Shown piece after piece: positions 40,680 through 50,274 of a DNA stretch of 64,000 nucleotides. Under the pieces are notes generated by a model that saw only the letters and a list, made by a program, of their open reading frames with translations, did not search any database and was not told the origin of the DNA. This DNA comes from Candidatus Borrarchaeum weybense (lineage in GTDB: Archaea > Asgardarchaeota > Sifarchaeia > Borrarchaeales > Borrarchaeaceae), in assembly GCA_019057385.1 (NCBI GenBank), contig JAHQJS010000005.1:32001-96000 (forward strand), given 5' to 3'. Made by a program: the position numbers and the translations under genes. The stretch's first letter is position 1, and each line of letters begins with the position of its first letter.

Positions 40680-40883
40680 ATGAGTATGAAAGACTGGGAA
40701 AAGGACATTAAAGAGTTAACCGTTCTTGGTAAAGAATTTTTTGGAAAGACTCAAGTGCTTCTCACAAAAATTACCAAAGAATTAGAAAAAGAGGCAGCAA
40801 ACAGGGTAAATGAACTGAAGGTTAACTTCGATAAATTTATGAAGGTTCTACTTAAGGCTGAGGTCACAAAAACTGCTGCCTAA
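40680..40883 (+). CDS. Small helical hypothetical protein
   Basis: GGAGGT RBS and upstream AAGGTTTATAT promoter-like motif. Confidence 0.6.
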   Translation: MSMKDWEKDIKELTVLGKEFFGKTQVLLTKITKELEKEAANRVNELKVNFDKFMKVLLKAEVTKTAA

Positions 40884-40915
40884 ACCTTATTTTTTATATT
40901 CTAAGAGGATTGAAA

Positions 40916-41083
40916 ATGTCGGACGAATATCTAAGAAATAAAGTCAAAGAACTTTCAAATGAATGGAAAAAAACGAAAGAGCCTTATTACATTCAAGAAG
41001 CATTAAGTACAGCCAAAAAAATTAAAGACGGGCAGGCTCAATCATTCTTAGAAATTTTACTTGCACTTGCCAGTGCTAAATGA
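40916..41083 (+). CDS. Small hypothetical protein (55 aa, MSDEYLRNKVKELSNEWKK...), not in ORF track
   Basis: GAGGA RBS, open frame directly after the previous gene. Confidence 0.45.
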   Translation: MSDEYLRNKVKELSNEWKKTKEPYYIQEALSTAKKIKDGQAQSFLEILLALASAK

Positions 41084-41175
41084 AACAATTGAAGAAATCA
41101 TTTTTTAAAATACTTTCACTCTTTTTTCGAAGCATGGGGCATTCATCTACGATTTGGTAGTTTTCTTGCAAGATA

Positions 41176-41210
41176 GTCAACTACCTACCCCACAAGTTGG
41201 GATCTTCTTG
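41176..41210 (-). mobile_element. Solo IS605-type right-end palindrome remnant
   Basis: Minus strand CAAGAAGATCCCAACTTGTGGGGTAGGTAGTTGAC resembles both ends of the neighbouring tnpB element. Confidence 0.6.
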
Positions 41211-41290
41211 GGAGAAATAATAAAAAAATAAGTAAGTTCACGAAAAACATGTAAAGTTAAGATTGTGGGAGAGTACACTAATACAGCTAA

Positions 41291-41587
41291 TTACTCAATG
41301 AGTTTGAGGATTTCTCCTTTTTTTTCTTCATTAATTGTGTATTTGACAGGAGAACCGTGTCGAATGGCGTTACGTGTAGGATCTATATGATGCTCGACCA
41401 CTAGACCATTTTCCATGAGCCATACTAATCGATGACTTATGATATCACTAGTTATTTTATCGCTTTGCGACTTTGTCTTCATTACTAAATGACTTGCTGT
41501 AAGTTCACCTTCAGATAGCAACGTTTTTAGTACTATTGAATCTAATTCTTTGTCAAAACCAGGCATTTCGCTCATTAATATCACCAC
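41291..41587 (-). CDS. Winged-helix (ArsR-like) protein
   Basis: LT...L...ISHRL..L.ENGLV...Y.IN. Confidence 0.7.
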   Translation of the reverse strand: MVILMSEMPGFDKELDSIVLKTLLSEGELTASHLVMKTKSQSDKITSDIISHRLVWLMENGLVVEHHIDPTRNAIRHGSPVKYTINEEKKGEILKLIE

Positions 41588-41894
41588 GTTATCTTCAATG
41601 TTTCAAATTTGGCACTTATATTATTATTTTCAGCGGCAACTAGGAGTGTTTCACGTATGGGCTTCTGGTGAACAATAGAGTTGTAGAAATTGTATGATGG
41701 GGAACTAAACTAAAGAAAAAACGAAAAAAATTGCTAAATTACTAACCTTGTTTTTAAGCAGTTTATATCATTTCTTCGCAAGAAGACCCCCCCAACTTGT
41801 TGGGGGGATGAATTGCGTGTGTTACTTGTTTCACTTTCACCGTAGCGTCCCTCACTTTAAATAGCTTTTTGCGGATAGTAACTCTACTAGTGAC

Positions 41895-43088
41895 ATGAAT
41901 CTTCAGGGGAACATAGGGAGGGGTGTGATGAAACGCACGTACAAATTTCGCCTGTATCCAACCACACCACAACAGGCTACGTTCACGCAATGGCTGACTA
42001 CCTGTCGTTGTGTGTATAATAACGCTTTGGCCGAGCGAAAAGACGCCTGGCACACCCATCAACAAGCAGTCAGCTATTATGAGCAAGCCAACCACTTGAA
42101 AGACGCAAAAAAAACTAATCTGTTTTTGCAGGCGGTGCATTCGCAGGTACTGCAAGATACCCTAAGACGACTGGATAAGACCTTTAAGAACTTTTTTCGG
42201 CGTCTTAAGAAGGGTGAAAAGCCAGGTTACCCACGCTTTAAAGGAAAATACCGGTATGATTCCTTCACGTACCCGCAAAGTGGGTTCGCCCTCGATTACC
42301 ACAACAAGAAACTTCGGCTCTCGAAAATTGGAAGTATCACGATTACACTCCACCGCCCGATACCAACTGAGTGTGTGATCAAGACTTGCACCATTAAGCG
42401 TGATGTCGACCACTGGTATGCCTGTGTTGCAGTAGCACTGCCTGATCCTGCTCCTGACACTCAGCAAAGAGCCATAAAGAGCGCGATAGGTTTGGATGTG
42501 GGGCTGAAGAGTTTGCTGACCTTACATACTGGGGAAACCATAGATAATCCCCGCTGGTTGAGACACTCGGAGAAGAAAGTAGCCAAAGAACAACGAAGAA
42601 AAGATAGGAAGGTTAAGGGCTCAAATAACCGTCATAAGCAGAACAGGAAGGTGGCACAGGTACACCGGAAGATACGCCATCAGCGAAAGGACTTTCATCA
42701 CAAACTCAGCCGGAAATTGGTCGATAGTTATGACCTCATCGTGTATGAGAACCTTAGGATCACCAACATGGTGAAGAACCATCATCTCGCCAAGTCGATT
42801 AGTGATGCAGGCTGGAGGCAACTCATGCGTTTTACCGAGTACAAAGCGGAGGAAGCTGGTACTCTCGTAGAATATGTGAATGCCTATAACACCACACAAT
42901 TGTGTAGTCGGTGTGGGCAGCTGGTGCCGAAAACACTAGCAACCCGTATCCACCGCTGTCCGTACTGTGGATTGGTGTTAGCGAGAGATCATAATTCAGC
43001 CATCACTGTTTTACACCGATCAATTCACTATGTAGAAGCACGATCATCATCATCATCAGGGCAGGGACTGTCCGTTGAGCCTGTTTGA
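41895..43088 (+). CDS. tnpB: TnpB RNA-guided nuclease (probable start 41928)
   Basis: YKFRLYP, GYPRFK, GLDVG, YENL, ISDAGW, CSRCG..CPYCG, RDHNSA. Confidence 0.95.
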   Translation: MNLQGNIGRGVMKRTYKFRLYPTTPQQATFTQWLTTCRCVYNNALAERKDAWHTHQQAVSYYEQANHLKDAKKTNLFLQAVHSQVLQDTLRRLDKTFKNFFRRLKKGEKPGYPRFKGKYRYDSFTYPQSGFALDYHNKKLRLSKIGSITITLHRPIPTECVIKTCTIKRDVDHWYACVAVALPDPAPDTQQRAIKSAIGLDVGLKSLLTLHTGETIDNPRWLRHSEKKVAKEQRRKDRKVKGSNNRHKQNRKVAQVHRKIRHQRKDFHHKLSRKLVDSYDLIVYENLRITNMVKNHHLAKSISDAGWRQLMRFTEYKAEEAGTLVEYVNAYNTTQLCSRCGQLVPKTLATRIHRCPYCGLVLARDHNSAITVLHRSIHYVEARSSSSSGQGLSVEPV

Positions 43089-43149
43089 CATATCCCGTTG
43101 GGGAATGGATGATTCAGGAAGCCAGCCTACTTGTAGGGTGGTAGTTCAC
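43000..43149 (+). ncRNA. Predicted omegaRNA scaffold of tnpB element 2; 5' boundary approximate
   Basis: Overlaps the tnpB 3' end and right-end hairpin. Confidence 0.55.
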
Positions 43150-43224
43150 CGATATGTAGAGAACACATTTCTTAAAAAAGTAAAGAAGTATGCCATATTG
43201 AAACACTGCACAGGTTGGAAACAG

Positions 43225-44022
43225 ATGAATAACGAAAAGAACACGTCAAAAGATATCGGAGACAGGTTTCAACAAAAAACGAAATACCAAAGAAACAAAT
43301 TACCAAGACACTTTATGGACTGGGATAACAAACCTACGCTCTATAAAGCTTATGAGGATCCTATTGAGGAGCTCTCACTACCTGAACCTGAATTTAGGAA
43401 TGAAGCTAAACTCATGGAGGTTTTAGCTAGTAGAAGGTCGAGAAGAAACTATGATCCGCAAGAATCAATTGATCTTAAAACACTCTCAACCCTTCTATGG
43501 GCGACACAAGGAGCAACTTCAAAGCATGACACCCCGTTTGGACCTCTTTTTTTAAGAACAGCACCATCAGCAGGCGCATTATATCCTATTGAGACTTATT
43601 TGAATGTTCGACTCGTAACTGGCCTTGAACCTGGCATTTATCATTTTAGACCGCATTACTTTGATCTTGAGTTATTAAAGAAAGGTGATCATTCAGAAGA
43701 GTGTGCAGCAGCTGCACTCAACCAGAAGATGGTTAAATCCGCACAAGTTACGTTTGTATGGACAGCTGTTGTTGAGAGGTCAAAATGGAAATACCTCCAA
43801 AGAGCGTATAGATACATATATCTTGATGCAGGTCATATTGGACAAAATCTTTATCTAGCAGCGGAAGCGCTTCAGTTAGGTTGCTGTACAATTGGTGCTA
43901 TTTTTGACGAAGAAGCGAATAAATTACTAGATGTGGATGGTGTCAACGAAACCGTTGTCTATATGGCAACTGTTGGTGTACTTCGAAAGTCAATACAAGA
44001 CTTTCCTTCTATGCCGCCATAA
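43225..44022 (+). CDS. SagB/ThcOx-family nitroreductase-like dehydrogenase
   Basis: RRS.R.Y, RTAPSAGALYPIE, RAYRYIYLDAGH; start moved out of the IS to ATG 43225. Confidence 0.9.
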   Translation: MNNEKNTSKDIGDRFQQKTKYQRNKLPRHFMDWDNKPTLYKAYEDPIEELSLPEPEFRNEAKLMEVLASRRSRRNYDPQESIDLKTLSTLLWATQGATSKHDTPFGPLFLRTAPSAGALYPIETYLNVRLVTGLEPGIYHFRPHYFDLELLKKGDHSEECAAAALNQKMVKSAQVTFVWTAVVERSKWKYLQRAYRYIYLDAGHIGQNLYLAAEALQLGCCTIGAIFDEEANKLLDVDGVNETVVYMATVGVLRKSIQDFPSMPP

Positions 44023-44131
44023 ACATCATTATATTTTGAAATCTCAAAAAGTTAGTCTCAATGTTCTAGATCACAAAAGGAAAAAGATTTACGAAAGAAA
44101 CCACCAATAGATAGGATGGGGGTTTTGAATT

Positions 44132-45343
44132 ATGCCAAAATATGTAATTAAACCAAATGTATATTGCATCTCTATCAATGACAGGACAACTGACCTATTC
44201 GAAGGACTTTGGCCAGTAACGGAAGAAGGCGTCTCATACAACTCGTATATGATCGTTGACGAGAAAAAGGTGTTGATCGATTTATCTAAAGCATTTAAAG
44301 GGGACGAATTCTTTGACGCGGTAGAAGAAATTATTCCAATTTCAGAACTTGACTATGTAATTATGAACCATTTGGAACCTGACCATGGCGGACTCGTAAC
44401 CACTATGCGAAGAATCAACCCTAATTTAACCATCTTGTGTACCGACAAGGCAAAAGAAATGCTTGCAACATTTTATAATATAACTGACAACGTGCAAGCT
44501 GTAAGTGACGGAGAAACCCTTGATCTTGGCACTAAAACTTTACAGTTCTTCCATGCACCCTTTGTACACTGGCCAGAAACAATGGTAACCTATGATACTG
44601 CTGATAATATTCTCTTCGCGTGCGACGCATTTGGCGGGTACGGAGCTATTCGTGGTGCCATCTTTGACGATGAAATCAAAGAAGAAGAGTGGGAGTTCTA
44701 CATAAGAGAATCACTTCGCTACTATGTGAACATCGTTGCGAAATTTAGCGGGCAAGTAAATAAAGCAATAAAAAAATTAGTTGACGCAGGCCTCAAAATT
44801 GATGTAATCGCTCCTTCTCATGGAATTATCTGGCGTAAAAACCCAGGGCAGATTATCGAGTTATATCAGAAATGGGCAGGATATATGCTTGGGGAAACTG
44901 AGCCAGGTATAACTGTACTTTATGCAAGCATGTATGGCAATACAGAAGCAATGATGAATGCCGTAGTTCAGGGAATTTCTGAAGTTGGTGTACCAGTTGA
45001 AGTCTTTGACGTCGCAAGAATTAACGTGAGTTATATTCTTCCGGCGCTATGGTCCAATAAAGGCATTATGATCGGTGCTCCTACCTACGAAGCAGGTCTC
45101 TTTCCTCTAATGGTTTATGTCTTAGATATGGCGAAACGTAAACGCATCCTTAATAAAAAAGTTGCCCGATTTGGCAGTAAGGGATGGAGTGGTGGTGCAC
45201 AGAAAGAAGTTGAGGAACTGGTAGAGCGCAATAGATGGGAACTCACTGATTATTTTGAGTTCACCGGTCATGCTACAAAAGAGGAATTAACAAAAGGTGA
45301 AGAATTCGGTAAGAAGTTTGCGCAACTCATAAAGAGTTCATAA
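44132..45343 (+). CDS. fprA: Flavodiiron protein FprA
   Basis: NHLEPDH, HWPE, CDAFG, PSHG, SMYGNT flavodoxin domain. Confidence 0.94.
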   Translation: MPKYVIKPNVYCISINDRTTDLFEGLWPVTEEGVSYNSYMIVDEKKVLIDLSKAFKGDEFFDAVEEIIPISELDYVIMNHLEPDHGGLVTTMRRINPNLTILCTDKAKEMLATFYNITDNVQAVSDGETLDLGTKTLQFFHAPFVHWPETMVTYDTADNILFACDAFGGYGAIRGAIFDDEIKEEEWEFYIRESLRYYVNIVAKFSGQVNKAIKKLVDAGLKIDVIAPSHGIIWRKNPGQIIELYQKWAGYMLGETEPGITVLYASMYGNTEAMMNAVVQGISEVGVPVEVFDVARINVSYILPALWSNKGIMIGAPTYEAGLFPLMVYVLDMAKRKRILNKKVARFGSKGWSGGAQKEVEELVERNRWELTDYFEFTGHATKEELTKGEEFGKKFAQLIKSS

Positions 45344-45400
45344 CGAGCCGATAAAGGTACTGCCTTCATTCTTTTTTTTCATATTTAATCGCAGATGCAT

Positions 45401-46360
45401 TCATTTTTTTTGCTTTCGGACATACTTAATTGCATTCATGCCCGCTACAGCACCTTCCCCGGCTGCAGTGACTATTTGCATCCCACCACAAGTGACATCC
45501 CCAGCAGCGAACACGCCGGATAAATTGGTTTGTTGCATTCTATCAACTTGTATGCAATTACGCCCTCCTATTTTCACTCCTGCCTTTTTGAATAACGGCG
45601 TCATTGGGATCGCTTTAAAAACAAACACGGCATCAATTTTTAGTTCCTTTTCTCCCTCATCATTTTCAATTACAATACTTTCTACTTTCTCTTGTCCCTT
45701 AATTTCTTTTACAACAGCAGTTTCAATTATTGGAATATTCAATTCTTTGATTTCTTCAACTAGTTCTGGTGAAACCTTGAGCCCATCGGGGTCATCGAGG
45801 ATCCAGGTAACTTTGCAGCCCATCTGATGAAGAGTTAAAAGGTCTTCTGCGGCCTCATTGCTATTTCCGATTGCCACTACCTCACGTCCTCTGTAAAGAG
45901 GTCCATCACATGTGGCACAATAACTCACACCCATTCCTACAAAGGATGCTTCTCCAGGGATCAGTTTTTTCCTTGCTGTGCCTTTACCAGTAGCAATAAC
46001 CACGGCAACAGCGGATATCGCATTTTTTTTGGTGGTGATAAGTTTAGGATCACCCAAGACGAAATCGGTTACTTCCGTTTCTATAATTCTTGCTCCAAAT
46101 TTTTGAGTATGTTCTATGAACTTTTCGAGAAGATCTGCGCCTTTTATAGAAGGGATTCCTGGATAATTTTCGATTAAATGCCCCTTACCTAAATAAGATT
46201 CTGACTTTTTCCCAACGATAATCGTATCTAATCCCGCGCGTGCAGTATAAATTGCTGCTGCTAGACCAGCAGGTCCAGTACCGATGCAGAGGACGTCAGT
46301 GGATATACTTTCTAATGTAGGACCAATATCTACACTAATTCCAAAATCCAGCTCCATCAA
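45401..46360 (-). CDS. trxB: Thioredoxin reductase
   Basis: GTGPAG, GVSYCATCDG, GVFAAGD. Confidence 0.92.
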   Translation of the reverse strand: MMELDFGISVDIGPTLESISTDVLCIGTGPAGLAAAIYTARAGLDTIIVGKKSESYLGKGHLIENYPGIPSIKGADLLEKFIEHTQKFGARIIETEVTDFVLGDPKLITTKKNAISAVAVVIATGKGTARKKLIPGEASFVGMGVSYCATCDGPLYRGREVVAIGNSNEAAEDLLTLHQMGCKVTWILDDPDGLKVSPELVEEIKELNIPIIETAVVKEIKGQEKVESIVIENDEGEKELKIDAVFVFKAIPMTPLFKKAGVKIGGRNCIQVDRMQQTNLSGVFAAGDVTCGGMQIVTAAGEGAVAGMNAIKYVRKQKK

Positions 46361-46478
46361 AAAACCTCCACTGAAGGAATGTTTCTAGAAAAATATATTC
46401 TTTTTAGTATTTTAAAAATTGAAAACCTAAAAATGAATTCACTATAAAAAAGGGATAAGTGTGGTTTTTCGGGTTAAT

Positions 46479-47705
46479 CTATGTGCCTAGCACTGCAGAA
46501 GATAATGCTAGGTTGCAATGCATTATTTCCTTTTGTTGAGTCGTTGCTTGTTCGCCGAAAACATTGTATCCGATGAACGGTGTGTCACCAAGAGCCATTT
46601 TTGCCTGTTCGACTACTTCACCGACTCTATCCCCAATTGCCAGTCTACATCCAGCACAGTGGACGAGAAAACCGAAACTTGGTTGTGATATCTTGCCCAT
46701 GTCAATCGCTCTCTTAAAGACTGCATTAGTCTCCGCAACTAATTCATCTTGTGTAGCAGACAAAACAGCAATATCAGCCCCTTGAGGAAATACCACATAA
46801 CCATCTATTGATAGATCCTCATTGACATTGCCAGGATGCACCGTCTGCCAATAGCCCTCGTGTGCAATTCCGATCGGATTAAAGAAGGATTCGCTTAATA
46901 TCGCTCCACCTTTAATTGAGTCTAAAGTTTTGCCCGCCCATTCCGCATAGACTTCTGCTGCGGGGCGCCCATCTATTTCGTAGAGTGTCCTTCCTTTGGC
47001 CTTCGTTGCTTTACCACGTTTCAAAGGTTCATATTCCTGACTATAACTATAGCCAACCTTAAGATCCTTTGAATACAAGCAAGCTACCGATAAATAGTCG
47101 CTGTATACGTCCAAATCAGCAAACTGCTTCCATTTACCCTCAAGTGTATTATCCGCTGAGGTGCCTCCAACTATTGGAAACATTGTAGGGACGGCACTTC
47201 TAATCCCACGGATGTGCCCCTCTTCAACTCCCGGTGCAGCGCACATCAACACCAAATCCGGTGGATGGCGTTCAGTTTGCCCTACCGCAGTAGTCGTACG
47301 TGAGTCCACAGCGGTCTGAACGTGTTCACCAACATCGGCTAAGGCTCGTTTCATTGCGAGTTCGCCTTCACCGAAACCATCACTTCTGATTTTTGTCGCC
47401 CCTACGCCAACAGTCAAAGTCGGTGAAGATAAAATTGCTACCCCTACAGAGCCATTTTCACTTTCAATAAAACCGTCAGGGGTCCACACACCACCTAATG
47501 ATGTCCCGCCCCATAGTGGCGCTCTTTTTGTGGCTTTATTGATTCCATTTATTATTTTTTGTTCATTATATTGAACTGTGCAAAATGCTATTGTAAAGGT
47601 TGGTTCGGCACCGCCAAGTTGTGCTAGAGCTTTATTAGCGGCTTCTGTTCCTGCCTCTTTCGGATCTTCCAAAGTAGAATATCCTATTCCTACCTTCAAG
47701 GACAT
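46479..47705 (-). CDS. FIST N/C domain protein
   Basis: PIVGGTSAD, EIDGRPA, HCAGC, FGEQ, HCN. Confidence 0.88.
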   Translation of the reverse strand: MSLKVGIGYSTLEDPKEAGTEAANKALAQLGGAEPTFTIAFCTVQYNEQKIINGINKATKRAPLWGGTSLGGVWTPDGFIESENGSVGVAILSSPTLTVGVGATKIRSDGFGEGELAMKRALADVGEHVQTAVDSRTTTAVGQTERHPPDLVLMCAAPGVEEGHIRGIRSAVPTMFPIVGGTSADNTLEGKWKQFADLDVYSDYLSVACLYSKDLKVGYSYSQEYEPLKRGKATKAKGRTLYEIDGRPAAEVYAEWAGKTLDSIKGGAILSESFFNPIGIAHEGYWQTVHPGNVNEDLSIDGYVVFPQGADIAVLSATQDELVAETNAVFKRAIDMGKISQPSFGFLVHCAGCRLAIGDRVGEVVEQAKMALGDTPFIGYNVFGEQATTQQKEIMHCNLALSSAVLGT

Positions 47706-47807
47706 TTTTCATTACCTAACAAAGCGTTACTATTAGAATTTAAAATATAATATTGATGTCTAACGCTTTTAGGGTTTCGATTGAGGCGAATATTTCAATT
47801 AAAATTA

Positions 47808-48113
47808 TTAATGTGCGGGAATACTACGTACTGATCCTTGATGAAATGAATAAGAATTCACATAATAATTCAATATTAATTCTTCTAGTAGTACTTGGTC
47901 ACACACACCACCTATTTTCATGAAGTCAGGGAAAACAAGTGTAGGACATACAACTACATCATACTTTTTAGAAGTCTCTGGAATTTTGGTTATATCTACT
48001 TTTTTGATTTTGATTGGTAGTTTATTTTTTTCAATAACTCCTAAAAGACGTTGTTCTACCAGAGGACAAAGACCACATGTGGGCGATATAAAAAGATAGA
48101 CTTCTAATTTCAT
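47808..48113 (-). CDS. Thioredoxin/glutaredoxin-like protein
   Basis: SPTCGLCP, VDIT, Y.V..CPT; start moved to ATG 48113. Confidence 0.75.
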   Translation of the reverse strand: MKLEVYLFISPTCGLCPLVEQRLLGVIEKNKLPIKIKKVDITKIPETSKKYDVVVCPTLVFPDFMKIGGVCDQVLLEELILNYYVNSYSFHQGSVRSIPAH

Positions 48114-48261
48114 TCGTTTCCCCTGCCTACTTCCTTTAACTTTATATAAAGACCACATTTTTTGTGAGAGTCCAAAAATTAGCTGAGTTTATCGAATGTA
48201 TTTAAGTTACAAATTTAAACCACATAATCCATTTTAGAGTGCATAACAAAAGGTGGAGTCT

Positions 48262-48411
48262 TTAACCTCTATTCTTCTCCTTAAGCCATAACTTGATCGC
48301 TTCTTCTATCGCTTTACTTTGATCGCCTTTTTTCCCACCTAGTCTCTTTGCTACTTCCACTCTGAATTCCTTTTCTAGCTCATCATCTATTACGAAGGAG
48401 ACTTTGCCCAT
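48262..48411 (-). CDS. Ribbon-helix-helix (CopG-like) regulator, 49 aa, not in ORF track
   Basis: MGKVSFVIDDELEKEFRVEVAKRLGGKKGDQSKAIEEAIKLWL; GGGTG RBS 7 nt upstream. Confidence 0.85.
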   Translation of the reverse strand: MGKVSFVIDDELEKEFRVEVAKRLGGKKGDQSKAIEEAIKLWLKEKNRG

Positions 48412-48431
48412 CTAATATCACCCGCACAATT

Positions 48432-48506
48432 TATAGGAATATCTACTTATATGATTAACGGTTATTATTGATATTCCTATATTCAGAAAAGTTTATATAG
48501 GAATAT
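48432..48506. promoter_or_regulatory. Three TATAGGAATAT boxes around a BRE-TATA promoter
   Basis: Copies at 48432 (+), 48471-48481 (inverted) and 48496 (+); GAAAAGTTTATATA at 48486-48499. Confidence 0.7.
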
Positions 48507-48629
48507 GACCTTATAAATAATGCCGACGAAAAAACTTGTCGCATAGAAAACGAATGCGGGTACAAAAATAGCGATTTTTTCCAAATATGATACATAAAAA
48601 ATCATCTCAAGTTAGGGGAGTCGTGTGGC

Positions 48630-49472
48630 ATGTCCAAAAAAATGTCTGACCGAGTTAAGAGGATACAAAATCCTCAGAGAATTCTAAAAGTGGTTGCTTA
48701 TACCGCAATCGCCAAACCGTTAAACGGTTCTCTTCCTAGAAGTAATAATTCGCATTTTTTGAGATTATATCCTATAAAGTATTCTTACAGGAATGGTAAA
48801 GAGGAAAAGGAAGCTTTCTCTATATCGTATTTACTTAAAGGGATTAGAGGAGCTATTAGGCATCAAGTGATGAAGACTTGTTATGATGCTGGTGTGGAGG
48901 TGTGCCACACTAGCGATAAAGCGACCGATAAAGCGGGCAACAGTCTTCTTCCTAAAGGTTTTCATCTTTCGGGTTCTTGTAAGGGCAATGGTGAATGCAT
49001 AGTTCATCAAGTTTTTGGATCTATGGGTACTGAAGGTTTAATTTCTGTCTACGCAGAGCCAATTACAGCAATTTCTCATAAATCGGCTAAAACTGAAGTT
49101 AAAGTTCAAAAAGTCCATATTGCCACTGAAAATCGTGTTTGCATGACTTTTGATAACAAACCTGTCCAAGACTTTGGCGAGCGGTATTTTTCCGGTGAAT
49201 TTACCTTTGAAATTGATGTTACGCGTTGTACAAGTGAACAAATTGGTTTATTGATTGAATCAGTTATTAACATGCAAAGACTAGGCAGAGGATACAATGC
49301 GGGATATGGTAGGGTTCAAATTAAGCGATTTCAATTATTAGAGCGCATAATAAAGAGGATTCCGGAGTGGCAAGAAGATAACTTCATTGTCAAAGAAGAA
49401 CTTAACGAAATTTCGTTAAAAAACGAGGTTGTAGAGGCGATGGAGGCTTGGAATGCTTACGTTAATACTTGA
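48630..49472 (+). CDS. cas7: Cas7-like RAMP (Csm3/Csc2-like backbone subunit)
   Basis: KGIRGAIRH, Cys/His cluster ending C.VHQVFGS, ENR thumb, GEFTFEI, G-rich loop LGRGYNAGYGRV. Confidence 0.8.
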   Translation: MSKKMSDRVKRIQNPQRILKVVAYTAIAKPLNGSLPRSNNSHFLRLYPIKYSYRNGKEEKEAFSISYLLKGIRGAIRHQVMKTCYDAGVEVCHTSDKATDKAGNSLLPKGFHLSGSCKGNGECIVHQVFGSMGTEGLISVYAEPITAISHKSAKTEVKVQKVHIATENRVCMTFDNKPVQDFGERYFSGEFTFEIDVTRCTSEQIGLLIESVINMQRLGRGYNAGYGRVQIKRFQLLERIIKRIPEWQEDNFIVKEELNEISLKNEVVEAMEAWNAYVNT

Positions 49473-50274
49473 AGGTCAAATTGTAACTCCAATTGTCACT
49501 AGGAAAACTGAATTTTATATGGAAGGATGTAAAGCTATAATTAAGCATCCAAGAAGACGTTATTACAATAAAATTAATGCATCTAAGCCGATGTATCCCT
49601 ATTCATTTCAGTGCTATTTAGGAGCTATTGAATTACACTTTAGATGTTCAAATACTGCAAAACTAAAACAGAAATTAAAAGATTTGTTGCAGATTAAAGC
49701 GATAGGGCGCTTTCATAGTGAAGGGATGGGATTGGTCCAATGGATCAAGGGCACCATACATTCGAATTATGAGCCAACTCACACAAAAAATACACGAACA
49801 CTCCGAATTCGCAAAGGTCTTCCTCATAATTTAACAAAAGATACCAAGAAACTGTTATTGTATGCTTTGCTTCATGATTTTGTTAATACGCCTAAACATA
49901 AATCTAAAATTTACATAGAACCGAATCTAGACGGCATAGCGTATTTATGCAACCATCATGATAAAACAGAAGACAGTTTCATTCAGTTATTTCAGAAATA
50001 TGACCATCTAGCGGCCATGATTACAAGAAAGATAAGGTCACCCAGAACTAATAGGTATAACTGGTCTTCCAATAGCAATATTAATTTTGAAAAATTAGCA
50101 ACAGAGATAAAGGAGGTGGCATCCAACATTTGGAAGTTGTATGATTACATCTATCAGAGTAAAGAACTAGAGCAATTAAACGAAAGTTTACAACATGGCC
50201 ACACGTCATTAAGAAATCATTTACTGGTGATAGTCAATTTAATAGTGCATGATTTTCAAAGAAATGAACTTTGA
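49453..50274 (+). CDS. Cas5-like RAMP fused to HD nuclease domain
   Basis: N-terminal beta strand + TP, G-loop IGRFHSEGMGLV; then ALLHDF, H, HHD, YDHLAA, SLRNH; overlaps cas7 by 20 nt with a GGAGG RBS. Confidence 0.7.
   Translation: MLTLILEGQIVTPIVTRKTEFYMEGCKAIIKHPRRRYYNKINASKPMYPYSFQCYLGAIELHFRCSNTAKLKQKLKDLLQIKAIGRFHSEGMGLVQWIKGTIHSNYEPTHTKNTRTLRIRKGLPHNLTKDTKKLLLYALLHDFVNTPKHKSKIYIEPNLDGIAYLCNHHDKTEDSFIQLFQKYDHLAAMITRKIRSPRTNRYNWSSNSNINFEKLATEIKEVASNIWKLYDYIYQSKELEQLNESLQHGHTSLRNHLLVIVNLIVHDFQRNEL

Larger units (their letters stand above)
41767..43149 (+). mobile_element. IS200/IS605-group element (tnpB only); inferred target TTAT
   Basis: Left end: TTTAT|16 nt|AAGA-CCCCCCCAAC..GTTGGGGGG. 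Right end: GAAG..CCTAC-TT-GTAGG..GTAGTTCAC. No tnpA. Confidence 0.88.

Noticed and set aside
41763-42899. Minus-strand ORFs (130, 101 and 92 aa) as a possible tnpA
   Set aside because: Antisense shadows of tnpB with no HUH/Y1 or serine-recombinase motifs
43045-43058. (ATC)n microsatellite at the tnpB 3' end
   Set aside because: Short slippage within the poorly constrained tail/omegaRNA region; no functional evidence
43075-43224. N-terminal 50 aa of the nitroreductase ORF call
   Set aside because: Starts inside the IS right end/omegaRNA; the family-like sequence begins at ATG 43225
48412-48629. CRISPR mini-array next to cas7
   Set aside because: Repeats are only 11-12 bp, in mixed orientation and overlapping the TATA box; operator-like, not repeat-spacer units. 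No array was seen anywhere in the window
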